From Vicinamibacterales bacterium (GTDB lineage: Bacteria > Acidobacteriota > Vicinamibacteria > Vicinamibacterales > UBA8438): a DNA stretch of 64,000 nucleotides. Shown here piece after piece: positions 9,854-18,135 of this stretch. Both the position numbers and the translations under genes were made by a program. Position 1 is the stretch's first letter, and the number at the start of each line of letters is the position of its first letter. Where the stretch lies: contig OZ219745.1 in NCBI GenBank assembly GCA_964291605.2, positions 1,250,664 to 1,314,663 on the forward strand, written 5' to 3'. Under the pieces are notes generated by a model, which saw only the letters and a list, made by a program, of their open reading frames with translations, had not been told where the DNA came from and ran no database searches.

Positions 9854-11064
9854 GGCGACGTTCCCGTCTTGCCGGGGAGGGCGCGGAACGCCGACGGCCT
9901 GAACATCCGAAGCTCCTCGATTTGCTCGAGCCGCTCGAGCTGGCTCCAGAAGTCGTTGGCGATCCGGTACGGCGGCACGCGCGGCGCCGTGCGGACGCGC
10001 TCGACGAACCCGAGCAGCGTGCCGCCGAAATCCCTGGCCCGCAGGCGGGCGAGTGCCGCATCCTGGGCTTCGAGGATCTGCTCTTCGAGCACGGTGTCCG
10101 TCAGCACGGCGTTCATCAGCGAGGCTACGTGACGGGGGTCCTTGCGCTCGTAGAGCACGCCGCCTCCGTCCATGGTGGCGGGGACCGCGGCCGCCGCGAA
10201 GGCGATCACCGGAATCCGCTTGTAGAAGGCCTCGATCAGCGGAACACAGAAGCCCTCGTGCTCGCTCGCCGACAGGAACAGGTCGGCAACGTCGTAGAGG
10301 GCCGTCAACTCCTCGTTCGATACGTGTCCGAGCAGGTGCACGCCCCGGGCGCCGAGTCGGTGGACGAGCTCGGCGAGCGCGGCACGGTAGTTGTCGAACA
10401 GGCCATGGGAGCCGACCAGCAGAAGCCGTGCTGCCGGGTTGTACCGGCGGCGGTAGGCAATATGGAACCGGATGAGATCCTCGATGCGCTTGTTCGGAAT
10501 GATGCGGCCGACGAACAGTATGTTCGTCGCGTCGTCGTCGAACTGCTGCGCGAGCCACCGGTGCGGCGTTACCTCCAGGTGCTTGAAGTCGGGAACGACC
10601 GGGAGGACGCCGGTGCGGGGAAAACCCAGGGCATCGAGCTCGGACTGGTTGAACGCGGAATCGCCGAGCGCGAGGTCGCAGCGGCTGGCGTAGGCGCCCA
10701 GCTCGCGGCGGCCGCTGAAGCACTGCGCGACGACCGGGGAGCGGACGCCGAGGAAGAAGTGGGCCGGCGTGATGTTGTGATAGACGAGGATCATGCGATC
10801 CGGCAGTGCGAAGGCGACCCGCGAAGCGCGCGATCCGAGCGAGAAGTGATGGATGAGGATGTTGTCCCGATGGCTGTCGTCGATCAGGTTGCGGTAGTCC
10901 TCCGTCAATTCCTCGAGACGCGGGTCGACGGTCTCCACATAGATTCGGGACGGGTAACCCGCGTGCTGCAGGACCCGCTGAATCCCCAGCACCTCGTTGC
11001 CTATCGCGTCGCCGTAACCGAGCGTCGCCAGCACCTGGTGCACCGCCACGTCCCGCGTCGTCAT
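9850..11064 (-). CDS. GT4-family glycosyltransferase (type B paralog)
   Basis: ATG at 11064 (MTTRDVAVHQVLATLGYGD) overlaps the upstream stop as ATGA. Motifs HNITPAHFF, ILFVGRIIPNKR, SEHEGFCVPLIEAF. The upstream part of ORF 9850..12123 is an out-of-frame read-through of the next gene. Confidence 0.85.
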   Translation of the reverse strand: MTTRDVAVHQVLATLGYGDAIGNEVLGIQRVLQHAGYPSRIYVETVDPRLEELTEDYRNLIDDSHRDNILIHHFSLGSRASRVAFALPDRMILVYHNITPAHFFLGVRSPVVAQCFSGRRELGAYASRCDLALGDSAFNQSELDALGFPRTGVLPVVPDFKHLEVTPHRWLAQQFDDDATNILFVGRIIPNKRIEDLIRFHIAYRRRYNPAARLLLVGSHGLFDNYRAALAELVHRLGARGVHLLGHVSNEELTALYDVADLFLSASEHEGFCVPLIEAFYKRIPVIAFAAAAVPATMDGGGVLYERKDPRHVASLMNAVLTDTVLEEQILEAQDAALARLRARDFGGTLLGFVERVRTAPRVPPYRIANDFWSQLERLEQIEELRMFRPSAFRALPGKTGTSP

Positions 11065-12413
11065 CGCCGGTCCCTCGTGACCGCATCGTGGCGTCCCGGC
11101 TCCGGTCCGCCCGCGTCCCACGTCTTCGCGGCCGGTCCGGTCGGCAGCCGATCGACGACTTCCCGTGCCGGCGCCTGTACCCGCCGGCGCCGGTGGAGCC
11201 AGCCCGGTTCGCGCTCGGCGCGGGGCAAACCGCCGTCCCGGTTCTCGCGCTCGAGCCGCTCGAGCATCGCCAGGTACTTTCCCTCGACGATGTCCCACGT
11301 GTAGTGGCGCTCGAAGTACGCGCGACCGTTCGTTGCGAGCGCCCGTCGCAGGCCGTGCTCGGATTCGAGCAGATGGAGCGCCGCGCCGAACTCGTCGTAC
11401 GACTCGTAGTACAGGCCCGCGTTCGCCCGGATGACCTGTCCTCGCAGCACGTCGCAGCGGCCGTTGACCAGGACCGGCAACCGCATGGCCCAGGCTTCGA
11501 GCGTGACCATCGACAGGCTCTCGTAGTACGACGGCATCAGCAGTGCGTCGGCAGCCGTCAACGCGTCGTACTTCTCCTCGTCGGTCACGAATCCGAGGTG
11601 ATGAATCCGCGGGTGCGACGGAATCTCCATCACCGGCGTACCCGCGAGCACCAGTTGCATCCGGGGCGAGGCCTCGGCCGCGTACCGGTTGAAGTAGTCG
11701 AACATCTCGCGGCAGCCCTTGTTCTCGTCGATGCGTCCAACGTAGAGGACGAAGCGGCCCGAGATGCCGGTACGCTTCCGGAATCGCGCGGCGCTTGCGT
11801 CGTCCCGGACTTGCGATCCGACGCCCACGACGACCCCCGGAACGTGCTCGTTGTGCGCGACCGCCTGGATGAGCGCACGCTCCTCGTGCGAGTTGTACAT
11901 GAGGGCGCGCACGCTCCGGAGCGTGCGCGCCGAGATCGCGAGTCCGAGGGCCGGATCGCGTTCGGCGGTCGGCACGAGCACCGCCCGCGAAGGCGCCGCA
12001 CGAATCCCATGGTACGCATGGTAGTACCGATAGCTGAAGAACAGGATGAAGTCGTAGGTCGAGGCCGTGCGGCGCAGGTGGGCGATCAGCGCCGGGGTCG
12101 TCGGGCCCTCGGAATCGAGCCACGACAACTCGTCGCGGATGGAGTGGCGTCGCTCGAAGACCAGGTTCGACCGGCGGCCGAAGTCCACTGGACTACGTTC
12201 CCGGAGGACCGGAAACCGAAGCACCGTCACGCCGTTGACGACATCGGTACCCGGCCTGAGCGCGTTGCGCCAACTGATGTAGTCGGTGGCGCAGGTGGTC
12301 AGTACCTCGACCTCGAGATGGCGAGACAGGTGCTCTGCGACGTAACGCGCGTGCAACTCGGCTCCGCCGCTGATATCGGCGCCGTAGCGCTGCACGACGA
12401 CGGCTAGCTTCAC
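11061..12413 (-). CDS. GT4-family glycosyltransferase (type A paralog)
   Basis: GTG at 12413 (VKLAVVVQRYGADISGGAELH) overlaps the upstream stop as GTGA. It aligns along its length with 7467..8789. Confidence 0.8.
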   Translation of the reverse strand: MKLAVVVQRYGADISGGAELHARYVAEHLSRHLEVEVLTTCATDYISWRNALRPGTDVVNGVTVLRFPVLRERSPVDFGRRSNLVFERRHSIRDELSWLDSEGPTTPALIAHLRRTASTYDFILFFSYRYYHAYHGIRAAPSRAVLVPTAERDPALGLAISARTLRSVRALMYNSHEERALIQAVAHNEHVPGVVVGVGSQVRDDASAARFRKRTGISGRFVLYVGRIDENKGCREMFDYFNRYAAEASPRMQLVLAGTPVMEIPSHPRIHHLGFVTDEEKYDALTAADALLMPSYYESLSMVTLEAWAMRLPVLVNGRCDVLRGQVIRANAGLYYESYDEFGAALHLLESEHGLRRALATNGRAYFERHYTWDIVEGKYLAMLERLERENRDGGLPRAEREPGWLHRRRRVQAPAREVVDRLPTGPAAKTWDAGGPEPGRHDAVTRDRR

Positions 12414-13339
12414 GGTTCGGAGTTGTCGCCGGCCGGTTCAGCCGCCGCGTCGGCAGGCGGTTCGGCGCTTGCCGCTGCCCGGTCGGCTCCACCGTCCGCC
12501 GGCGAGACTTCCGCGGTTTCGCCGTCTGCCGCGGTGTCAGCCGGCGCCTCGGCGGTCGAAGCGCCGCCGCCCGAACGCCGCCGCCCCCGCCGCCGACGCC
12601 GACGGCGCTTCTCCGTGGCGCCGTCTCCGCCGCCGTTGCCATCCGGGGGGGATGGGGAGCCTTCGCTCGTCCCTGTGCCGTCGCCCGCCGCGGGTTTTCG
12701 GAACTGCACGATCTGTTCGAGCGCCCGGGCCCGGCGCTCGTCGAAGTCGAGACGCGCGGCCACCGATTCGACGCGCATCTTGTGGTTCTTCATGTCGATC
12801 GCCAACCGGGTCATTTCGACGACGAGGTTGTTCATGACCTCGTACATCAGCACGTCGAGCTCCGCCCGCCGGCGGTTTCTCTCCTCGTTCAGCGCGAGCG
12901 CCCGACTCGTGGTGTTGATGTGCGTGGAGACGGCACGCACGGACTCGAGCATCGGGCCAGGGTTGATGAACAGCTTCAGGAGCGGCCTGAGCAGGCGGCG
13001 TATCGCGTAGAGGATGCGGCCGATGCCGCCGCGCGACGATCGATAGACGGCATCGGGCTCGAAGGTCGGCACGTCGACGGCTTCCAGCGCGGCTTGCGTG
13101 GCGGATGCCGCGGCGTCCGACGTCTGGTTCTGCCTCCGGAAGTGCTCGAGGAGGTCCGAGCGGACGTTCTTGGGGTCGAGAAAGCGGTCGAGCTTTACGC
13201 CGGCCAGCTCGCGGATTTGCTCCTCCGTATAGTCCACGCCCCGTTTCTCCCGCAGCCGAGCGCGGATCTGCTCCATGATCTGCTCGACGTCCACAGCGTC
13301 GGATCGGATGTTGAACTCGGCCATCTGTTCCTCAGTCAC
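12410..13339 (-). CDS. hypothetical coiled-coil protein leading the GT operon; poly-Arg and acidic/Ala-rich disordered tail
   Basis: ORF with GC-rich third positions. N-terminus MTEEQMAEFNIRSDAVDVEQIMEQIRARLREKRG resembles the N-terminal module often fused to polysaccharide methyl-/glycosyltransferases (from my recollection). Tail contains KRRRRRRRGRRRSGGG. Confidence 0.6.
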   Translation of the reverse strand: MTEEQMAEFNIRSDAVDVEQIMEQIRARLREKRGVDYTEEQIRELAGVKLDRFLDPKNVRSDLLEHFRRQNQTSDAAASATQAALEAVDVPTFEPDAVYRSSRGGIGRILYAIRRLLRPLLKLFINPGPMLESVRAVSTHINTTSRALALNEERNRRRAELDVLMYEVMNNLVVEMTRLAIDMKNHKMRVESVAARLDFDERRARALEQIVQFRKPAAGDGTGTSEGSPSPPDGNGGGDGATEKRRRRRRRGRRRSGGGASTAEAPADTAADGETAEVSPADGGADRAAASAEPPADAAAEPAGDNSEP

Positions 13340-13537
13340 CCTGCTCGTGCGATCGAGCGGTGCGCGTCCATCGCTTGTCGGGTCGATTGGCGGCGCAGGA
13401 GCGCGAGGGCAGCCGCGTCACGCGACTTTCCGCAACGGAGCGAACAACTGGAGGGTGCCCGACACCCCAACCCCGGTGGCGGGACGCCACGGTCTGGCCG
13501 AGGTTGAAGGTCGCGGGTCGCGGCGGGCACTCGCCGA

Positions 13538-13876
13538 TCAGGAGAAGCTGTCGAGCGCCTCTTGCTCGTTGTCGAAGGCGTCGAACACGGTCAGCAGCTT
13601 CGTGATGGACAGCAGATCCTCTATGCGCTTGGTCAGGTTCAGCAGCTTCAGCGCTCCACCCTGTCGCCTGACGGTGTTCAGCGTGCTGACCATCTGTCCG
13701 AGGCCGGCGCTGTCGACGTAGGGAACCCCCTCGAGGTTGAGCAGCAGGTTCGTGTGCCCCTGCTGGATCATGCTGTTGATCTTGTCCTTCAGGAGCTCAT
13801 CGCCGTCTCCGATCACCAACTCGCCCTTGAGATCCAGGATCATGACGGCCCCGGCCTGGCGTTCTACGATCTCCAT
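13538..13876 (-). CDS. STAS-domain anti-sigma-factor antagonist (SpoIIAA/RsbV-like), paralog 1
   Basis: MEIVERQAGAVMILDLKGELV..VPYVDSAGLG (phosphorylatable Ser context DSAGLG). ATG at 13876. The upstream part of ORF 13538..13990 has no homology. Confidence 0.85.
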   Translation of the reverse strand: MEIVERQAGAVMILDLKGELVIGDGDELLKDKINSMIQQGHTNLLLNLEGVPYVDSAGLGQMVSTLNTVRRQGGALKLLNLTKRIEDLLSITKLLTVFDAFDNEQEALDSFS

Positions 13877-13961
13877 CGACTGACCTCCGACACCCGGCCT
13901 GCTCACTTCGCTCGGGGTCACCGCGGCCGGGAAGGCTGTTGACCGCGCGAAAAGACCCGCA

Positions 13962-13990
13962 AACCTACCATGCGCCCCGGTCACTGTCAA
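13962..13990 (-). promoter_or_regulatory. sigma70-like promoter TTGACA-N17-TAGGTT for STAS paralog 1
   Basis: The reverse complement reads TTGACAgtgaccggggcgcatggTAGGTT. Nearly the same 29-mer precedes STAS paralog 2. Confidence 0.45.
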
Positions 13991-14017
13991 CGATATGCGC
14001 CAAGGAGCGCGACGCCG

Positions 14018-14215
14018 TCAGTCCGCGTCCCGCCGCATCTTCTTGCGCGAGCGCTTCCGGGCGAGCGCCTGCTTGGCGCGCCGCTTGTCGCCCGGCTTCA
14101 GATAGAAGGAGTGCTTCTTGATGTCCTTGATGATGTCTTCTTGCTGGACCTTCCGCTTGAAGCGACGAAGGGCGCTCTCGATCGATTCGTTTTCCTGAAC
14201 TCGGACTTCTGCCAC
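14018..14215 (-). CDS. rpsU: 30S ribosomal protein S21
   Basis: GTG at 14215 gives VAEVRVQENESIESALRRFKRKVQQEDIIKDIKKHSFYLKPGDKRRAK, the canonical S21 sequence. Confidence 0.9.
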   Translation of the reverse strand: MAEVRVQENESIESALRRFKRKVQQEDIIKDIKKHSFYLKPGDKRRAKQALARKRSRKKMRRDAD

Positions 14216-14382
14216 GTGCGATTTCACCCCCTCCGTGGATCCTGCGCGGATCGGTGTAGTCGAGCCGGCTCCTATGCTAGGCTCAACGCGCTGTCTCGAA
14301 TCGCTCAGCATAGGTTGAATGCTTTCCCCGCGTCAAACCGAGGAGGGGAGAGCCGGCCCCGGGGCCGGCGAGTCGTCATGAT

Positions 14383-15705
14383 GTGCCGGGAGTCGCGACC
14401 GTGAACGTGCTGGTGGTGGGGAGCGGCGGACGTGAGCACGCGCTCGTGCGGGCGTTGATGGCCGATGCTTCCGTCGACCGCGTCGTCTGCGCGCCGGGCA
14501 ACGCGGGCATCGCGGCGGAAGCCGCCGCCCGAGTGGTCGCGGTCGACGCCTCGGACCCGGCGGCGCTGCTGGCGCTGGCAGTCGAGGAGGGTGTCGATCT
14601 GACCGTCGTCGGACCCGAGCTGCCGCTCGCGCGGGGCGTGGGCGATGTGTTCGCCGACGCGGGCCGGCTGCTGTTCGGGCCGACGCGGGCGGCGGCCGCG
14701 CTCGAGTCCAGCAAGGCGTTCGCGAAGGCGTTCATGGCGCGTCATGGCATTCCGACGGCGCGGTTCGAGGTGTGCACGGACGAAGGGCAGGCGCTCGAGG
14801 CCGTCGACGGGGATCGTTTCGGGTTCCCGGTCGTGGTCAAGGCGGACGGTCTCGCGGCCGGCAAGGGAGTCACCGTCGCGGGAGATCGGGCCGCGGCGGA
14901 GGCCGCCGTACGCGACGCGATGATCGTACGGCGCTTCGGGGATGCAGGCGCGACGGTCGTCATCGAGGAATGCCTGACGGGACCGGAGGTTTCCTGCTTC
15001 GTCATCTCCGACGGCCGGCGCTGTCTGGCGCTGCCGGCGGCGCAGGACCACAAGCGCGTCTTCGACGGCGACGCGGGGCCGAACACCGGCGGGATGGGCG
15101 CTCTCGGGCCGAGTCCGCTGTTCCATCGCGAGATCGAGGCGCGCGTCATGCGGGATATCGTGACCCCGGCGCTCGACGGCATGCGCGCGGAGGACCGCGA
15201 GTACCGCGGGGTGCTCTACGCCGGCCTGATGCTGACGCGGGACGGACCGCGGGTCATCGAGTTCAACGTGCGCTTCGGCGATCCGGAGGCGCAGGTCGTT
15301 CTGCCGATGATCGAAAGCGGTCTGGCCCGGGTGGTGCTCGGGGCGGCGCGCGGAGACCTCGCCGACGCCGGCTGGTGCGTCACGTCGGATCCGCACGTCG
15401 GCGTCGTGATGGCGTCGGGCGGATACCCGGGAACGTACGAAACCGGAATGCCGATCTACGGACTCGAGGACGCCGCGAAGGTGCCGGGCGTGCACGTGGC
15501 GCACGCGGGCACGGTGCTGCAGGGTGGCAGGATCGTGACCAGCGGCGGTCGCGTGCTGACCGTCGTGGCGCGCGGAAGCAGCTACCGGCAAGCTATCGAC
15601 AGAGCCTACGACGCCGTCGGACGCATTTCGTTCGAGGGCAGTCACGTACGAACGGACATCGGACAGAAGGCGCTGACCGCGACGGCAGGTCGCGGAGGGA
15701 ATTGA
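14383..15705 (+). CDS. purD: phosphoribosylamine-glycine ligase
   Basis: VNVLVVGSGGREHALVRAL, ATP-grasp core and GGRVLTV near the C-terminus. The start could instead be GTG at 14401. Confidence 0.9.
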   Translation: MPGVATVNVLVVGSGGREHALVRALMADASVDRVVCAPGNAGIAAEAAARVVAVDASDPAALLALAVEEGVDLTVVGPELPLARGVGDVFADAGRLLFGPTRAAAALESSKAFAKAFMARHGIPTARFEVCTDEGQALEAVDGDRFGFPVVVKADGLAAGKGVTVAGDRAAAEAAVRDAMIVRRFGDAGATVVIEECLTGPEVSCFVISDGRRCLALPAAQDHKRVFDGDAGPNTGGMGALGPSPLFHREIEARVMRDIVTPALDGMRAEDREYRGVLYAGLMLTRDGPRVIEFNVRFGDPEAQVVLPMIESGLARVVLGAARGDLADAGWCVTSDPHVGVVMASGGYPGTYETGMPIYGLEDAAKVPGVHVAHAGTVLQGGRIVTSGGRVLTVVARGSSYRQAIDRAYDAVGRISFEGSHVRTDIGQKALTATAGRGGN

Positions 15706-15736
15706 CACGCGGACTTTCCAGGAGGTTGGACGGCGG

Positions 15737-16231
15737 ATGGCGGAACGAGACGTACAGATACTGATGGGATCGAATTCGGACGCGCCGGTCATGCGCAAGG
15801 CCGTCGACGTGCTGGACGCGCTCGGCGTCACGTCCCACATGACCGTGGCGTCGGCGCACCGGTCGCCGGCCCGCGTGCAGCGCATCATCGAGGAATCGCC
15901 GGGACGCGGTGTCAAGGTGTTCATCGTGGGCGCCGGCGCCGCCGCCCACCTGGCGGGGGTAGTGGCTGCGCATTCGGCGCTGCCGGTCATCGGCGTGCCC
16001 ATCGACTCGTCCCCGCTGAAGGGCTGGGACGCGTTGCTCGCGACGGTCCAGATGCCCCCCGGGGTACCCGTCGCGACCGTGTCGGTGGGTGCGGCGGGGG
16101 CGGTGAATGCCGCCGTGCTGGCCGCGCAGATTCTCGCACTCTCCGATGCCCGGATCGCGGAGAACCTGGCCGCCTACAAGGCGGGACTGGCCGAGAAGGT
16201 GGAGCGGGCGGCGGCGGAGCTGGAACAGTGA
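15737..16231 (+). CDS. purE: N5-carboxyaminoimidazole ribonucleotide mutase
   Basis: ILMGSNSDAPVM..ASAHRSP..GAGAAAHLAGVVAA..PVIGVP, a typical PurE. Confidence 0.9.
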   Translation: MAERDVQILMGSNSDAPVMRKAVDVLDALGVTSHMTVASAHRSPARVQRIIEESPGRGVKVFIVGAGAAAHLAGVVAAHSALPVIGVPIDSSPLKGWDALLATVQMPPGVPVATVSVGAAGAVNAAVLAAQILALSDARIAENLAAYKAGLAEKVERAAAELEQ

Positions 16232-16296
16232 CCGGTGAATGAGGATCTTCGCGCGGCCACGTCGAGCCCGTCGATCAGGAGGACGAGCCCGTCCGA

Positions 16297-16638
16297 TCAG
16301 GAGGAGAAGCTGTCGAGCGCCTCCTGCTCGGTCTCGAAGACCTCGAACACGGTCAGCAGCTTGGTGAGCTTCAGCAGATCCTTGATCCGTTTCGCCAAGC
16401 CCAGAAGCTTCAATTTTCCACCGTTGCGGTTGACGGCGGTGTACGCGCGGACGAGTTCGCCGAGTCCGGCGCTGTCGACGTAGGGCACCTCGCTGAGGTC
16501 GAGCAACAGTTGCCTGGGTCCGTCTCGGACTATCCTGCTGATCTTTTCCTTCAGAAGTTGTTCGCCCTCCCCCAGGGTGAGCTTGCCGGCCAACGCCAGG
16601 ATCGTGACGTCGCCGGCCCGGCGCTCTTCGATTCTCAT
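16297..16638 (-). CDS. STAS-domain anti-sigma-factor antagonist, paralog 2
   Basis: MRIEERRAGDVTILALAGKLT..VPYVDSAGLG. The C-terminus LTKLLTVFEVFETEQEALDSFSS is nearly the same as in paralog 1. Confidence 0.85.
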   Translation of the reverse strand: MRIEERRAGDVTILALAGKLTLGEGEQLLKEKISRIVRDGPRQLLLDLSEVPYVDSAGLGELVRAYTAVNRNGGKLKLLGLAKRIKDLLKLTKLLTVFEVFETEQEALDSFSS

Positions 16639-16721
16639 TGTTGGTCCGTCTCAGGCATGCGGGGCGCGGAGATTCGTCTGCGGGACAGACACCGAACGTG
16701 AGCTTACCGCTGCGAGCGCGG

Positions 16722-16750
16722 AGCGTAGCACGCGCCCCGGTGCCTGTCAA
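16722..16750 (-). promoter_or_regulatory. sigma70-like promoter TTGACA-N17-TACGCT for STAS paralog 2
   Basis: The reverse complement reads TTGACAggcaccggggcgcgtgcTACGCT, conserved with 13962..13990. Confidence 0.45.
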
Positions 16751-16980
16751 TGAGCTTCTGTTTGCCGGCTGCACCGCGCGGACGCTTGCCATGGAACGGT
16801 CGGACCGACACGGGCACGATGGTTGGGGGACTTGTCGCGGCACGGCGACTGCGCCCGGCTGCGACCCGCTGCCTGCGCAGGATAGCTGTAGTGTAGACTC
16901 TTCACCGGTAACGAGGGAGTCCGTCACCCCGCGAGGTCCAACGAACGGAACATACCTCAGGCGTTGGCAGGTAGGCAGGG

Positions 16981-18135
16981 TTGATGAGCCGGAGCGATCG
17001 ACACTGGACGCGGGCGGCACTATCCTTGCTGGAGTCGTCGCCGGACGCCGTCGTGGTCGTCGACAGCGCGGGTACTATCGTGTACGCGAACCGCCTGGTC
17101 GAGGGGGTGTTCGGTTTTGCTCCTTCCGACATCGAGGGGCGGTCGGTCGAGATGCTTGTTCCGGAGCATGCGCGTACGCAGCACCGGCACCATCGCCGCG
17201 CCTACGAACAGACGCGTGCGACCCGTCCGATGTTGTCTGGTGCCGATCTGAACGGCCTGCATGAAAGCGGCCGCGAGTTTCCCGTCGACATCAGTCTCAG
17301 TCCGATCGAGTCCGATGAAGGCCCGCTCGTGATCGCGGCCATCCGGGACATGACCGAACGCCGCAACATCGAGCGCGAGTTGCGGCGGGTCAACGAACAG
17401 CTCCGTCGCGACGTCAACGTAGCTGCACGAATCCAGAGATCACTTCTGCCGGACCGGTCCACCGACATCAAGGGCGTCGCGGTCGAGTGGCTCTTCGAAC
17501 CGTGCGACCGGCTCGGCGGCGACAGCTTCAACGTTTTCGAAGCGGCCGACCAGTTCGTGGGCTTCTACATGCTCGACGTCACCGGCCATGGCATCGTGAC
17601 AGCCCTGCAGTCGGTTGCCCTGACGCGCATACTCGCCAGCACCTGGCCGCAACCGAACAATCCCATGCCGGCCAAGCTCGCCGAGCGGCTCAATGCCGAG
17701 TTCCCGATCAATGTGGATGCCTGGCAGTACTTCACGTTTCTGGGCGGCGTGCTGGACTGCTCCACCGGCGTGCTGCGCTACGTCAGTGCCGGTCATCACG
17801 GCCCGGTCCACGTCCCGGCCTGCGGTGCTCCGGTCGCGCTGGAAGCTGCGGGCCTGCCGATCGGGATGTTTCCCGATGCCGAGTACGAGGAATTCACCAA
17901 GCCCCTCGGACCGGGCGACCGACTCTATCTGTTCTCGGACGGGGTGACCGAGGCCATGAACGAGACAGAGGAGGATTTCGGCGTCGACAGGCTGGTCGCA
18001 ACCCTCATGGAGGCAGGGGAGCGGCCGCTGGGCGAAACTCTGCGGCATGTGCGCCGCTCCATCGACCACTGGTGCGGCGGTGACTTGCTTCAGGACGACT
18101 TCACGCTCCTGGGGCTGGAGGTTGGGGCGCAGTGA
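16981..18135 (+). CDS. PAS-domain PP2C/SpoIIE-type serine phosphatase (RsbU/RsbP-like)
   Basis: PAS: AVVVVDSAGTIVYANRLVEGVFGF..IRDMTERR. SpoIIE/PP2C: ARIQRSLLP..GGDSFNVF..FYMLDVTGHGI..LYLFSDGVTEA..QDDFTLLGLEV. Confidence 0.85.
   Translation: MMSRSDRHWTRAALSLLESSPDAVVVVDSAGTIVYANRLVEGVFGFAPSDIEGRSVEMLVPEHARTQHRHHRRAYEQTRATRPMLSGADLNGLHESGREFPVDISLSPIESDEGPLVIAAIRDMTERRNIERELRRVNEQLRRDVNVAARIQRSLLPDRSTDIKGVAVEWLFEPCDRLGGDSFNVFEAADQFVGFYMLDVTGHGIVTALQSVALTRILASTWPQPNNPMPAKLAERLNAEFPINVDAWQYFTFLGGVLDCSTGVLRYVSAGHHGPVHVPACGAPVALEAAGLPIGMFPDAEYEEFTKPLGPGDRLYLFSDGVTEAMNETEEDFGVDRLVATLMEAGERPLGETLRHVRRSIDHWCGGDLLQDDFTLLGLEVGAQ

Noticed and set aside
8786-12123. The 766-aa and 757-aa ORFs (8786..11086 and 9850..12123) taken at face value as giant glycosyltransferases.
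   Set aside because: Only the 3' ~355 and ~404 codons resemble GT4 enzymes and each other. The 5' portions are out-of-frame readings of the upstream gene. Start codons that overlap the upstream stop (TTGA, ATGA) give paralog-consistent N-termini.
13455-13476. Sigma54-like GGCAC..TTGT (minus strand) upstream of the GT operon, and TGGCACGCGGAGCCGCA at 36368.
   Set aside because: The spacing between the GG and the would-be GC dinucleotide is wrong: N7 instead of N5 between the blocks, and no TTGC at the right offset. The second is part of the dispersed repeat.
14271-14314. The inverted repeat CCTATGCT-N28-AGCATAGG between rpsU and purD as a regulatory RNA or operator.
   Set aside because: It is a single 8-bp arm pair with a long spacer in a divergent promoter region. 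It is too weak to support a call without comparative data.
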